The notes under the pieces: model-generated
Told to the model about the DNA's origin: nothing
Database searches by the model: none
The model's input: the letters and a program-made list of their open reading frames with translations, nothing else
In this document: piece after piece, positions 1-11,917 of the stretch
Numbering within the stretch: the first letter of the stretch is position 1
Layout of the letters: the number at the start of each line of letters is the position of its first letter
Position numbers and translations under genes: made by a program
Assembly (NCBI GenBank): GCA_903822075.1
Contig: CAIJNK010000011.1
Span: 504 to 64,503, forward strand
Length of the DNA: 64,000 nt
Direction: 5' to 3'
Source of the DNA: an uncultured bacterium
Lineage (GTDB): Bacteria > Patescibacteriota > Minisyncoccia > Phycocordibacterales > GWA1-40-21

Positions 1-130
1 CACGGCTACCATCAAAGTAATCAGCGGGTTGACGATATTTGTCAAAATATGCTCTATTAAAGTGTCCGTCGAGATGGGATTACCGGTCAAACCGGCGGCA
101 TAGGCTTTTTCGGCTAAAGAGGAAAACATT
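1..130 (-). CDS. N-terminal fragment of a gene running off the left edge (unknown product)
   Basis: Reverse-strand ATG at about 128-130 opens a frame (MFSSLAEKAYAAGLTGNPIS...) that continues to the window edge. Partial, no homology recognised. Confidence 0.2.
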
Positions 131-140
131 TTAATGGTTG

Positions 141-521
141 TTAGGGAAGAAGTCTGTTTACATTACCAGCACCAGTGGTATTTACTCCAAAGACGCTTTG
201 CAAAATGGCCACTAAGCCCCAAACAGAGACGATGACGGCAATAGCAATAACACCCCAGATCATCTGACTCTTGGCGGCCCCTTTCTTCTCCTCATCTGAG
301 GACATAGTGTAGCGAACGACGTTGAAGATAAACCAAACTACGGCCAGAGCGACCAGGAAAACCACCAACTTATCCAGAAGGCCTTTGGCACCATCAATGA
401 GCGAACTGAGATATGTTGGATTAGCGGTTTGAGCCAGAGCCATAAATGGCAAAGCCCAAAGTGATCCGGCGATAATTTTAACTGTCTTTTTCATATGATT
501 TTTCGAAATCATGTCGCGCAA
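141..521 (-). CDS. small membrane protein, TrbC/VirB2 pilin-like (signal peptide plus two-TM hairpin)
   Basis: 126 aa; N-terminal signal peptide (ALA-QTA), TM1 LVVFLVALAVVWFIF, charged loop, TM2 MIWGVIAIAVIVSVWGLVAIL. Clear paralog of 590..961. This architecture is typical of VirB2/TrbC-family proteins abundant in CPR genomes. Confidence 0.5.
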   Translation of the reverse strand: MRDMISKNHMKKTVKIIAGSLWALPFMALAQTANPTYLSSLIDGAKGLLDKLVVFLVALAVVWFIFNVVRYTMSSDEEKKGAAKSQMIWGVIAIAVIVSVWGLVAILQSVFGVNTTGAGNVNRLLP

Positions 522-545
522 CCGTCCATTAAAGCGCGACGTTCT
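500..545 (-). promoter_or_regulatory. conserved 5' leader element (copy 1) with two hairpins immediately upstream of pilin-like gene
   Basis: About 40-nt near-identical repeat (TCGAAATCATGTCGCGCAACCGTCCATTAAAGCGCGAC) also present at 965..1010. Contains inverted repeat GTCGCGC-N14-GCGCGAC and palindrome ATGATTTCGAAAAATCAT overlapping the start region. Confidence 0.45.
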
Positions 546-589
546 TTCTTTTAAAATTAAACTATTAAACTAATAAATTAATAAACTTT

Positions 590-961
590 TTATATGTGTG
601 GAATCATATTCCCCAAACTACCCTGAAACTGACTGGCTCCCTCATTAAGACCAAAGGCGACTTGCAGAAGTGCCACCAGGCCCCAAACTGAAATCGAAAC
701 CGCAATAGCAATAACCCCCCAAATCATCTGTCCTTTGGCTTTTTCCTTTTCACCCTCGTCTTCGGACATAGTATACTTTATCACGTTCCAGATGAACCAT
801 ACTACAGCTAAAGCCATGAGGAAAATCAAGGCTCTCCTTAAAATAACGGTGGCACCATCAACGATACTCACTATATACCCTGAATTAGCGCTTTGGGCCA
901 AAACGAACATTGGTAATCCAAAAGAAACAAACGAGATAATGCTGACTAATTTTTTTTTCAC
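590..961 (-). CDS. small membrane protein, TrbC/VirB2 pilin-like (paralog)
   Basis: 123 aa; shares AKGQMIWGVIAIAVSISVWGLVALLQ with 141..521 and has the same signal-peptide plus two-TM layout. Alternative (GTG) start inferred. Confidence 0.5.
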   Translation of the reverse strand: MKKKLVSIISFVSFGLPMFVLAQSANSGYIVSIVDGATVILRRALIFLMALAVVWFIWNVIKYTMSEDEGEKEKAKGQMIWGVIAIAVSISVWGLVALLQVAFGLNEGASQFQGSLGNMIPHI

Positions 962-964
962 GTG

Positions 965-1010
965 ATTTTACGAAATCATATCGCGCAACCGTCCATTAAA
1001 GCGCGACTCT
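965..1010 (-). promoter_or_regulatory. conserved 5' leader element (copy 2)
   Basis: ACGAAATCATATCGCGCAACCGTCCATTAAAGCGCGAC, about 36/38 identical to copy 1, in the same position relative to the start codon of 590..961. Confidence 0.45.
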
Positions 1011-1095
1011 TTTTTTAATAAACTACGACCTTTTGTTATTTTCTCCGTTAATTATAACTTTTTGAACATAAATGGGCAACTGCGGTATCCACAGT

Positions 1096-1500
1096 TTAAT
1101 CAACAATAGGAGCGACTCCAGCCGGATTGGTACCGCCCGAGCCTCCGCCTGGCGCCACAATCCTCACAGTTCTAGCGGTATTATCGAGATTAAAAGTATT
1201 TGACACGATTGCCACCAGACCCCAGACAGAGACCATTACAAAAATACCAACTATCCCCCATAACATGTATTGTTTACCCTCCTCCTTTTTCTCACCGCCT
1301 TCTGACAACATAAGTAACAATACACCATATACAAATACTACTACCGCCAAGCCAACCAAAAGTGGTACTAGCGGTCTCAATATGCCGTTAATAAAAACAT
1401 CATTCACCACCGCCTTGAAATTCTCGGGGGCGGCAAAAACTGGCAAGGCAAAAATGGTCAGAAGTATAGTGGAAATGAGATAAATGTTTTTTTTCATCAT
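1096..1500 (-). CDS. small membrane protein, TrbC/VirB2 pilin-like (paralog)
   Basis: 134 aa; signal peptide, two TM segments, second TM motif YMLWGIVGIFVMVSVWGLVAIV related to the first two paralogs; Gly-rich C-terminal tail. Confidence 0.45.
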   Translation of the reverse strand: MMKKNIYLISTILLTIFALPVFAAPENFKAVVNDVFINGILRPLVPLLVGLAVVVFVYGVLLLMLSEGGEKKEEGKQYMLWGIVGIFVMVSVWGLVAIVSNTFNLDNTARTVRIVAPGGGSGGTNPAGVAPIVD

Positions 1501-1527
1501 ATTTTGATTAATTAATAAAATATATTG

Positions 1528-1908
1528 CTAGCTTCTGCCTACAGTGGTATTAACGGTATTAATTACGACATTGGCAATAACATCGGCGCCTAAAAGGATA
1601 GCCCCACCTATAATGGTGGCATAAAAAATTTCTTTAGCCTTTGTCACCTCACTTTCATTACCTCTGGCCGTCACAAACTTGTAACCGGAATAGATAATAA
1701 AGAAAACCACGATTATAGCTCCCACCTTGGCCACTAAATCCATAACCAATCCTAAAATTTTCTCAACACTATCATTACCGGGCCCTAAAGGATTCTGAAT
1801 GGTTGTGTCGCCACCAACCTGGGCGTGGGCCAGAAAAATTGGAAGCAGAATAACCAAACTGAATGAAACAATAAACCCGGCGATTTTTTTATAATTTAAT
1901 TTAAGCAT
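1528..1908 (-). CDS. small membrane protein, pilin-like (divergent member of the array)
   Basis: 126 aa; signal peptide (LAHAQ), two hydrophobic segments, same size class and tandem position. Confidence 0.35.
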   Translation of the reverse strand: MLKLNYKKIAGFIVSFSLVILLPIFLAHAQVGGDTTIQNPLGPGNDSVEKILGLVMDLVAKVGAIIVVFFIIYSGYKFVTARGNESEVTKAKEIFYATIIGGAILLGADVIANVVINTVNTTVGRS

Positions 1909-1922
1909 TATGAATGAATATG

Positions 1923-2330
1923 TTACTTTATAAATTTAAAGATTAAACTATTTTTGTCCGGAACCAGACTAATCAGAATAGTGTAGACTATCAGCCAAGA
2001 TATCAGAATTATTACAAATCCCTTGAGGGTACTCCACAGGACGTCCTTGGCTTTTTCCTTGTTGCCAGGATTCTCACCAGAAATAATCCAAAGGAACCCA
2101 CCATAAATAAAGGAGATGGTGAATATGACGCCGGCAATACTGATTATCCAATTAATGATACGATTTATGGTCCCAATAGCATCCGCAAACTTACATTCGT
2201 GAGTCGTGGCAGTGCCACACTGAATAAGCGGAGTGTAGTCCAAAGCAGAAGCGATTGCCGGGACAATGAAGATAGCCAACAGAGCTAGAGATAAACTGCC
2301 AGCCAATACTTTTTTTGTTTTTAAAGTCAT
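1923..2330 (-). CDS. small membrane protein, pilin-like (divergent member of the array)
   Basis: 135 aa; signal peptide (AIASAL), Cys pair in the mature N-terminus, two TM segments. Its start overlaps the stop of 2327..3673 by 4 nt, implying an operon. Confidence 0.35.
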   Translation of the reverse strand: MTLKTKKVLAGSLSLALLAIFIVPAIASALDYTPLIQCGTATTHECKFADAIGTINRIINWIISIAGVIFTISFIYGGFLWIISGENPGNKEKAKDVLWSTLKGFVIILISWLIVYTILISLVPDKNSLIFKFIK

Positions 2331-3673
2331 ATTGTTTTATTTAAGAGAGCGCCTAAACGATCGGAAGCCGCACTGATGGCTTCCGCCATATTTTCCCGGC
2401 CAGTAGTAAATGATTCTACCATCTCTTGAAATATTGCTCCCGTCTGGGTTTTATCCGGATCCAACCAGCCTTTACTCATAATGGCCGATTTATTAAAAAC
2501 GGTCTTAACAGCGCTTGATTCCGCCTGGTCCAAAACGTCTCGCCGGGCCGAAGGTAGGTTAAATATTGTATTCCAGAAAGGAAAAGCGTCTGCACTGGTC
2601 AAGGCGCTGATAGCAGTGTAAGCGCCAGAAGGACTGCTAGAATTTTTCATTATAGCCATGCCCAACATCCGCCCGTAGGTGCTATAGACCTTGGTACCAG
2701 CTACTTGTGGCAAAAAGGACACGTCAAAGTTTAGGTTTGGATTTTTGCTTTTTATCTTTGTAAACTCTGAAGCAAAACCAAAGTAAATAGCCAAATCTCC
2801 ATTAGTAAAATCGTCCAAAGAATTTGGCAGGGATCGATTCCAAGAATACTCATTCTTCACTGGATTTGAGAAGTTAGTAAAAAAACCAAGCGTCAAAGTG
2901 GTTGGTGAGACGCTCTGGCCAAAATCCTCATTGAGCGTACTGGCGAGTGTCCCGTCAGGATTTAGATTAACAATCGGACTCAAAGACGATCCGGACCGGT
3001 TATTACTGTTAGCATCGTCGACATTTTGAATCAGCTGCGCACTGAATATTTCCTTGGCGTTGGTAACGTTTCTAAACTCACCCAAAGCCGCCGCGCTTCG
3101 TAAAATATTTTGCGCGAGGTCCTTCTTGGTTATTTTAGGTGCCAAATTGGCCAATTCAGTCCAGGTGGCTGGGGACTTGGTCAGACTGACATTATTAAAA
3201 ATGTCTCTGTTCCAATACATCACCAATGGATCAACACTGAAAGGCAGAGCCATTATCCCTTTGTCGTTCAAATAAAGCTCCCCCTCTTGGACGAAAGTTT
3301 GTTTGAAAGTCAGCTGCGGTAAGAGAGCGTACGGAATAGGATATATTTTATTGCTATAACGCACAATCATGTCTTCCGGCATGATTATGGCATCCGGGCC
3401 GGAACCGCTAGCCAGAGCCTCAACTAAGTCAGTATCAAAAACAGCGGGATCTTTTTCGACGTAATTCACCGTATATTTTAAGTTAGCCTGACTGAAATAA
3501 TGCGCCATGAAAGTTGTAAAACTGCTCTCCGGCAGGGTTCCCCACATGGTAATATTTACGTTTACTACATTTTTATCACCGGCTCGATATGTGGAAAATA
3601 GAATTGCGCCGACAATAATGAAAAAAACAAAGGCCCCCATGAATATGTACTGAAAAAGTTTTCCGTTTTTCAT
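2327..3673 (-). CDS. extracellular solute-binding protein, family 1 (MalE-like), membrane-anchored
   Basis: 448 aa; N-terminal TM anchor then a sequence typical of sugar-type ABC substrate-binding proteins (GPDAIIMPEDM, WNRDIF). No cognate permease or ATPase nearby. Confidence 0.5.
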   Translation of the reverse strand: MKNGKLFQYIFMGAFVFFIIVGAILFSTYRAGDKNVVNVNITMWGTLPESSFTTFMAHYFSQANLKYTVNYVEKDPAVFDTDLVEALASGSGPDAIIMPEDMIVRYSNKIYPIPYALLPQLTFKQTFVQEGELYLNDKGIMALPFSVDPLVMYWNRDIFNNVSLTKSPATWTELANLAPKITKKDLAQNILRSAAALGEFRNVTNAKEIFSAQLIQNVDDANSNNRSGSSLSPIVNLNPDGTLASTLNEDFGQSVSPTTLTLGFFTNFSNPVKNEYSWNRSLPNSLDDFTNGDLAIYFGFASEFTKIKSKNPNLNFDVSFLPQVAGTKVYSTYGRMLGMAIMKNSSSPSGAYTAISALTSADAFPFWNTIFNLPSARRDVLDQAESSAVKTVFNKSAIMSKGWLDPDKTQTGAIFQEMVESFTTGRENMAEAISAASDRLGALLNKTI

Positions 3674-3682
3674 TTTAAAATA

Positions 3683-4213
3683 TTATACCTTTTTCCTGAA
3701 AATTAAACCATAATGATGATCCCCGGCTGAGATTTCTCGATCTAAAATAAAACCATGATCTTGAAATATGGCGGTCATCTGCATTTTGGACACAACGTCC
3801 TGTGATAGTGGGCCAATCCCGCCAAAAGAACCGTCCCAATCCACGACCATTACCCGACCGTTAGGCCGCAAAATCCGCTTGATTTCCAAACATAAACCAT
3901 CCTTGTTTTGAACTTGAAAAAATAAGTTACTCGCAATTACGGCGTCGAGGTAATTCTCGCGCAGTTTGGTCCCGCCTAAGCGTTCCAAATCGCCCCAGAT
4001 AATATCAATATTACTGATATGATTTTGCCGAGCGCCGTTTTTTAATTTCTCCAATAAATCTTTCTGAATATCCACTGCAAAAACCCGACCGTTTGGCGCT
4101 ACTGCCTTTGCCGCCGCCATAGAATAAAAACCGGAACCGGAACCAAAATCTGCCACCAACATCCCGGGAGCCAAGGCAAATTGTTTTATATTATTTTCCG
4201 GATCAGAGAACAT
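3683..4213 (-). CDS. class I SAM-dependent methyltransferase
   Basis: 176 aa; motif I VADFGSGSGFYS and post-I acidic residue (VDIQ); UbiE/COQ5-like fold signature. Confidence 0.65.
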   Translation of the reverse strand: MFSDPENNIKQFALAPGMLVADFGSGSGFYSMAAAKAVAPNGRVFAVDIQKDLLEKLKNGARQNHISNIDIIWGDLERLGGTKLRENYLDAVIASNLFFQVQNKDGLCLEIKRILRPNGRVMVVDWDGSFGGIGPLSQDVVSKMQMTAIFQDHGFILDREISAGDHHYGLIFRKKV

Positions 4214-4238
4214 GCAGATATTATAACGCTAAAATATT

Positions 4239-6695
4239 TTATAGACAAGTAATCGATGCCAGGAAATCCCCTTCTCGCAGTTTCATAATGCGGACGCCTT
4301 GGGTCTGACGGCCGAGAGTGGGAATTTCTTTGGTTTCCACGCGGATAACTTGGCTCTTCTTGGAAATAGCGGCGATCTCATCTATTTCTTCCGTCATCAC
4401 TTTGGCCGACATAATATCCCCAGTTTTAGCCGTCACTTTCATGGTCTTAATACCGGAGCCACCACGATTTTGCACTTTATATTCTTTCAAGGCGGTCTTC
4501 TTGCCGTAACCGTTACTGCTGATGACAAAGAAAGTCGGGTTCACCATGGTCTTTTTCACCACGTCGGTACTTACCACAAAATCAGTCTTACCCAGTTTTA
4601 CTGCTCGCACCCCGGCCGCTCCACGCCCCATCTCGCGAATATCACTTTCCTTAAATCTGATGCTTTGACCCTTGGCGGTCGCTAAAATCATCTCATCAGT
4701 TGGCGCCACAAACTGTACCGAGGTTAATTCATCCCCATCATGCAGGGTAATGGCAATCAACCCACTACGGCGCACATCATGAAAGGCAGCGGCGTCCACT
4801 TTCTTCACGGTTCCTTGCTTGGTCACCATCATCAACGCCAGTTTGGAATTTTTTAACTCTTTAGGCATTGCCAAAACGGAAGTCACTTTTTCTTCATTGG
4901 AAATAGACAGGTAATTCACCAGCGCCTTACCCTTGGTAGCTCGTTTCCCTTCCGGCAGTTCATGCATTTTTATCTGATAAGCCTTGCCTTTATCACTAAA
5001 GAAAAGTATATCATTGTGGGTCGTCGCAGTCAGAAAATTTACCACAAAATCCTCGTCTTTGGTATCCAAATCCACCACCCCCACTCCCCCTCTTTTTTGT
5101 TTTTTATAGTCGTCAGGGCTAGTCCTTTTTACATAACCACCGGTGGTAAGAACAAGTACATTTTCCTCATCGGGAATCAAATCCTCATCGGACATGGAAC
5201 CCACGCCCTGCTTCACAATCCTGGTTCGGCGTTCATCGGCATATTTAAGCGCGGTCTCTTGAAGCTCACTCTTCACAATGCCTAAAATCTTCTTGGCGCT
5301 ACTCAAAAGGTCTTTCAAATACTTAATCAGAGCTTGGACTTCTTTCAATTCATCTTCAATTTTTTGTCTTTCCAGACCAGTCAAACGACCGATCTTCATA
5401 TCCACAATCACTTGGGCCTGGATTTCTGAGAACTTGAACACCTTCATCAAATTTCTCTTGGCATCTTCAATATCTTTGGATTTTTTGATCAATTTGATTA
5501 TTTCGTCAATATGATCAAGGGCTTTTTTTAGGCCAAACAAAATATGTTCGCGGGCTTCCGCTTTTCTCAAATCAAATTCCGTTCGTCTTTTTACCACAAT
5601 ATTGCGATGGTCAATAAATTCATCCAGAAATGATTTCAGGGATAAAGTTTGAGGCACACCATCCACCAAGGCCACAAGGTTGTAATGGAAAGACTCCTCC
5701 AACTGGGTATGTTTGTAGATAAAGTTTAAAACTTTTTGTGGCTGGGCGCCGGACTTTAAATCAATCACAATTCTTAAATCCTTAGCGGACTCGTCACGCA
5801 AGCCTTTAATTCCCTCCACTTTTTTCTCCCGTACCAAATCCGCAATAGACATAATCAGGTCAGCCTTGTTCACCCGATAAGGGATTGAAGTGATAATAAT
5901 TTGGAAAGTGCCTTTTTTGTCCTCCACAATCTCGGCGACGCCGCGTACCACCACACCGCCACGACCTGTAGCATAAGCATGATTGATATCATTTTGATTG
6001 TAAGCCACACCACCAGTCGGGAAATCTGGTCCTTTAATAAATTGTAATAAATCTTCGGTAGTATCTTCGGGATTATCGATCAAATGAACAGTGGCCTCTA
6101 CCACCTCCTTCAAATTGTGCGGCGGAATGTTGGTGGCCATACCCACGGCGATACCAAGTGTTCCGTTCAAAAGTAAGTTTGGCAAAGCCGCTGGCAACAC
6201 TTCCGGTTCCTTTCGAGTGTTATCGTAGTTTGGACGCCAACTCACGGTTTCCTTTTCCAAGTCTTTCAAAAGCTCACCGGCGATCTTGGACATCTTGGCC
6301 TCCGTATACCTCATGGCGGCAGCGGAATCACCATCGATGTTACCAAAGTTTCCCTGGCCAATAATTAAGGGATAGCGGTGAGAGAAATCCTGAGCCATCT
6401 TCACCATGGCTTCATACACCGATGCGTCACCGTGCGGATGATAATTACCGAGCACTTCTCCCACCACGGCGGCGGACTTTCTGGTCTTGGCACCGGCGGT
6501 CAGATTCATCTCGTGCATAGCGTAAAGGATCCGACGATGCACCGGCTTCAAACCGTCACGCACATCCGGAAGGGCGCGGTCCGTAATAACGGTCATGGCA
6601 TAGTCAATAAATGACTCCTTCATTTCCGTGCTGATATTTCTCTGAGAAATACCTCTCTCGGGAACTATTTCTTTTTTGCTTTCTTCTTTTGCCAT
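4239..6695 (-). CDS. gyrA: DNA gyrase subunit A
   Basis: 818 aa; [28 protein letters not shown], catalytic Tyr region, YHPHGD, and C-terminal beta-pinwheel repeats. Confidence 0.95.
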   Translation of the reverse strand: MAKEESKKEIVPERGISQRNISTEMKESFIDYAMTVITDRALPDVRDGLKPVHRRILYAMHEMNLTAGAKTRKSAAVVGEVLGNYHPHGDASVYEAMVKMAQDFSHRYPLIIGQGNFGNIDGDSAAAMRYTEAKMSKIAGELLKDLEKETVSWRPNYDNTRKEPEVLPAALPNLLLNGTLGIAVGMATNIPPHNLKEVVEATVHLIDNPEDTTEDLLQFIKGPDFPTGGVAYNQNDINHAYATGRGGVVVRGVAEIVEDKKGTFQIIITSIPYRVNKADLIMSIADLVREKKVEGIKGLRDESAKDLRIVIDLKSGAQPQKVLNFIYKHTQLEESFHYNLVALVDGVPQTLSLKSFLDEFIDHRNIVVKRRTEFDLRKAEAREHILFGLKKALDHIDEIIKLIKKSKDIEDAKRNLMKVFKFSEIQAQVIVDMKIGRLTGLERQKIEDELKEVQALIKYLKDLLSSAKKILGIVKSELQETALKYADERRTRIVKQGVGSMSDEDLIPDEENVLVLTTGGYVKRTSPDDYKKQKRGGVGVVDLDTKDEDFVVNFLTATTHNDILFFSDKGKAYQIKMHELPEGKRATKGKALVNYLSISNEEKVTSVLAMPKELKNSKLALMMVTKQGTVKKVDAAAFHDVRRSGLIAITLHDGDELTSVQFVAPTDEMILATAKGQSIRFKESDIREMGRGAAGVRAVKLGKTDFVVSTDVVKKTMVNPTFFVISSNGYGKKTALKEYKVQNRGGSGIKTMKVTAKTGDIMSAKVMTEEIDEIAAISKKSQVIRVETKEIPTLGRQTQGVRIMKLREGDFLASITCL

Positions 6696-6696
6696 G

Positions 6697-7074
6697 TTAT
6701 TTATTTTTTTTCATTACTTGTTCTGAACTTGTTGAATGGACAGTGGTGGTCGCTTGGGTCGTACTGGCGGTAGTCGTTGTTGCGTTCTCGATTATCTCAA
6801 CCGGTGAGGTAGTGCTCTCGGTACTGGTGCTTGAATCATTTTCTTTTGTAACATCATTAAAGCCTGAGAACGCAGTGGAAAATTCGTCCTTGATAGCCTG
6901 CCAGGGACTAGTGGCGCTAAGTTTACTCCCTTCGTCCCCGGTCGAACTGTCCGCCGAACGAGTTAGGGAAAACCAAACGGTCACAATGACCAGAGTCAGA
7001 ATAATGGCCGTCACTAGGGAAATAACTTTTTTTTGCTGATCGGACTTTTCTCGGATGTTGGTTAAAATACCCAT
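6697..7074 (-). CDS. membrane-anchored Ser/Thr-rich hypothetical protein
   Basis: 125 aa; N-terminal TM ([16 protein letters not shown]) followed by a low-complexity S/T-rich region. Sits 1 nt after the gyrA stop. Confidence 0.35.
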   Translation of the reverse strand: MGILTNIREKSDQQKKVISLVTAIILTLVIVTVWFSLTRSADSSTGDEGSKLSATSPWQAIKDEFSTAFSGFNDVTKENDSSTSTESTTSPVEIIENATTTTASTTQATTTVHSTSSEQVMKKNK

Positions 7075-7092
7075 AATATAAATTGTAAAAAA

Positions 7093-7731
7093 CTAATTCG
7101 ATTGACTTAAGATCACAACCTCGCCCTCCTTGCCTTCCAAATCTTTTTTCTTGAGTGTCAGTTTATCAACTGGCTTAACGCCTTCTTCGCCGGCTTCTTT
7201 TAAGAATTTCTTCAAAGCTCCGGCTACACCCACATCATCAAAATGCATCGGAATAATTATTTTTGGTTCCAAAGTTACTGCCAGTTTGTTGGCCTTATTG
7301 GCGTCTAGCACTCCGTCATCACCGATGGGCAAAAATAAAATATCCACGTCTTCGATGGCCTCCATGAATTCCGGCGAAAGTTTTTCGTCAGAGAGAGCAC
7401 CTAGGAAACACAGGGTCATACCTTCAAGCACGACAATATAAACGGTATTAATTCTTTCTTTGCCGCCATAATTGGTCTTGGATTGAAAGCCTTTAATAAA
7501 GACACCTTTTGTCTCATATTCGCCGGGGCCGGAAATAACCAAGGGGTCGTTGCCATTGTAAGACAAGTTTTCCACGCCGTTAAAATCGACATGGTTAGCA
7601 GACACCAAAGCCACATCCGCAAAAAAGCGGGTATTCTTAAACTTGCTCTCCTTGGAAATCGGATTAAAAGCGAGGATAGTATCCCCGAACTGAACTTTAA
7701 AAAATTCCACTCCCTGATAAGTGATGATCAT
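7093..7731 (-). CDS. MBL-fold metallo-hydrolase
   Basis: 212 aa; beta-lactamase-fold pattern (VALVSANHVDF ... IIPMHFDD), UPF0173-like. Confidence 0.5.
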   Translation of the reverse strand: MIITYQGVEFFKVQFGDTILAFNPISKESKFKNTRFFADVALVSANHVDFNGVENLSYNGNDPLVISGPGEYETKGVFIKGFQSKTNYGGKERINTVYIVVLEGMTLCFLGALSDEKLSPEFMEAIEDVDILFLPIGDDGVLDANKANKLAVTLEPKIIIPMHFDDVGVAGALKKFLKEAGEEGVKPVDKLTLKKKDLEGKEGEVVILSQSN

Positions 7732-7800
7732 AACTCTGTTATTATATCAAATCTAAATACATAAAACAACCTCATTTTTCTAATTTTTTGCATTGAAAGA

Positions 7801-7829
7801 GCCCGGGGTATTTTATCCCCGGGCTCGAC
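7801..7829 (-). terminator. intrinsic terminator hairpin downstream of 7843..8235
   Basis: Perfect hairpin GAGCCCCGGGG-loop-CCCCGGGCTC followed on the minus strand by a T-rich stretch. Confidence 0.45.
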
Positions 7830-7842
7830 GCACCTTCCACAC

Positions 7843-8235
7843 TCATCCCATCGCCGAGAGATGACTCCTGTTCGTGGTTAGCACAATCGCATCATGCTGA
7901 GCCTGCTCCTCTTGCAAAATCTCAAGCATGCGTTTGAGAATTACCATCATAGCCATCTCGTTCATTACCGTCCTGGGACAGTAGCTCTGAACGTGCAAAT
8001 CAGAGGGCACACAGGAGGAGTCACCTAGGTCAGCTATTTCTCCACGTGTAGCAGGTGACATCGGAAAGAGTTTATCTCGAACCTCCACACAAAAAGTGGA
8101 AGAAAAATCATGACGACTTAGACGAACCTTTTTACGTATAACCTCCCTACGCACATGCAACTCCTGCATCATGTTCCTGACCCGGTCCGTGAGCTTCTCA
8201 TCCGGGGTCCTCGTGTCCTTCCTCTGCTTGCTCAT
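7843..8235 (-). CDS. hypothetical protein, GC-rich orphan gene
   Basis: 130 aa; about 55% GC within about 45% GC surroundings. Strong SD (GAAAGGAG) 8 nt before the ATG; own promoter and terminator. No homology recognised. Confidence 0.4.
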   Translation of the reverse strand: MSKQRKDTRTPDEKLTDRVRNMMQELHVRREVIRKKVRLSRHDFSSTFCVEVRDKLFPMSPATRGEIADLGDSSCVPSDLHVQSYCPRTVMNEMAMMVILKRMLEILQEEQAQHDAIVLTTNRSHLSAMG

Positions 8236-8361
8236 TTTTTAACTCCTTTCAAGAGTTTTCCCGTTAGCCTTATTGCATCCTAATTCCGAGCCTTCGGAAT
8301 CATGATAGAGGTCTCGAGCAGACCTCTTAGCGGCCACCCATCATCTTTTAGAGATTGATAG

Positions 8362-8404
8362 GCATGGTGGTATTATACCACTCATTTAAGCCAAAAGTCA
8401 AGCT
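8362..8404 (-). promoter_or_regulatory. sigma70-like promoter for 7843..8235
   Basis: Minus strand TTGACT-18 nt-TATAAT about 120 nt upstream of the ATG. The 5' UTR contains hairpins (GGTCTGCTCGAGACC; CCGAAGGCTCGG). Confidence 0.4.
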
Positions 8405-8537
8405 GTTATTTTTACCAATATAATGTATACTATGCCAGTTATTAGTTCACAAGAAGTAACACCCTTGGCGCCTGTGGCCGATGGACCTTTTTGGCGAAGT
8501 TCGCGCCAAATGTGCGCGATTTTTTTATCAAAAATTT

Positions 8538-9674
8538 ATGGCAAAAAAAGCAAAAGTAATAGACGAGACAACAGCAGAAGAAAAGGCTCTCAAGCTCAAG
8601 AAAGACAGCTTGATGACCAAGATTGTAGACAAGAGCGTGACTCCCCCAAACGTCGGTGACGTGGTGGAGGGTGACGTGATTGGCGTGGAGAAATCCTGCG
8701 TTTATATAAACTTGAACCCTTATGGAACAGGTATTATTTTCGGCAAGGAATTCATCAACGCTCGTGATATTATCAAGAAGATAAACATTGGTGACAAAGT
8801 GGCCGCCAAAGTAGTGGACAACGGTGAAGGCAATAAAGATGGTTATATTGAACTCTCTCTCAAGGAAGCTAGACAAGCTCTGATCTGGGATGAAGCTGAA
8901 GCAGCCATCAAGAACAAAACTGTTTTGGAATTGCCGGTAGAAGAAGCCAACAAGGGCGGTTTGATTATCAACTGGCAAGGTATCAAGGGTTTCCTCCCCG
9001 CTTCCCAACTTCGAACCGAGCACTATCCCAGGATCAATGACGGTGACAAGGATAAGATCTTGGACGAATTGAAAAAATTGGTGGGGCAGAAGATTTCCGT
9101 GGCCATCATTACCGCACTGCCTAAGGAAGGCAAGCTGATTTTCTCCGAGAAGAATATTGAGAAGAAAGGTAAGCAAAAAATGACCGATAAATACAAAGTT
9201 GGAGATATCTGCGGCGGTGAAATCACCGGTATCGTGGACTTTGGTATCTTTGTAAAGATTGAGGACGGTTTGGAAGGACTGGTACACATTTCTGAGATTG
9301 ATTGGACTTTGGTGGAAAACCCTCGTGCCTTTTATAAGGTTGGTGAGAAAGTCCAGGTGAAAGTGATTGAAGTGAAGGACGGCAAGATTTCTCTCTCCAT
9401 CAAAGCCCTCAAGGAAAACCCTTGGGTGGAAGCGGAGAAGAAATATAAAAAAGGTGATGAAGTCCAAGGTGTGGTCATCAAATTCAACAAGCATGGCGCC
9501 TTGGCCTCGATTGAGGAAGGTATCTCCGGCTTGGTTCATATCTCCGAATTTGGTTCCGAACTCAAGATGAAGGAAAAGTTGGAGCTTGGTAAGAGTTATA
9601 CTTTCAAAATCCTCCTCTTCGAATCAAAGAATCAGAAGATGGGTTTGTCATTCGTTGATTCTGTAAAGAAATAA
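8538..9674 (+). CDS. rpsA: 30S ribosomal protein S1 (short, four S1 domains)
   Basis: Four repeated S1 domains (GDVVEGDVIGVEK..., GGLIINWQGIKGFLP..., GDICGGEITGIVDFGIFVKI..., GDEVQGVVIKFNKHGALASI...). Start moved to the internal ATG (MAKKAKVIDE); the track ORF begins 19 codons earlier at 8481. Confidence 0.85.
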   Translation: MAKKAKVIDETTAEEKALKLKKDSLMTKIVDKSVTPPNVGDVVEGDVIGVEKSCVYINLNPYGTGIIFGKEFINARDIIKKINIGDKVAAKVVDNGEGNKDGYIELSLKEARQALIWDEAEAAIKNKTVLELPVEEANKGGLIINWQGIKGFLPASQLRTEHYPRINDGDKDKILDELKKLVGQKISVAIITALPKEGKLIFSEKNIEKKGKQKMTDKYKVGDICGGEITGIVDFGIFVKIEDGLEGLVHISEIDWTLVENPRAFYKVGEKVQVKVIEVKDGKISLSIKALKENPWVEAEKKYKKGDEVQGVVIKFNKHGALASIEEGISGLVHISEFGSELKMKEKLELGKSYTFKILLFESKNQKMGLSFVDSVKK

Positions 9675-9692
9675 AGTTAAACACAATTAAAA

Positions 9693-9728
9693 AAGCCGGT
9701 GGGAGAGAATGTGCCCACCGGCTTTTTT
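9693..9728. terminator. bidirectional intrinsic terminator between rpsA and gyrB
   Basis: AAAAAAGCCGGTGGG-loop-CCCACCGGCTTTTTT, a perfect stem with A/T runs on both sides. Confidence 0.7.
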
Positions 9729-9740
9729 GTTACTTAACTA

Positions 9741-11879
<2,139 letters not shown>

Positions 11880-11917
11880 CTATTTATGCTTTGACTTACC
11901 CATATTATACCAAATCC

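Noticed and set aside
8442-9539. 365-aa minus-strand ORF
   Set aside because: Lies entirely antisense to the well-supported rpsA gene and has no motifs. It is a shadow ORF of the S1-repeat coding sequence.
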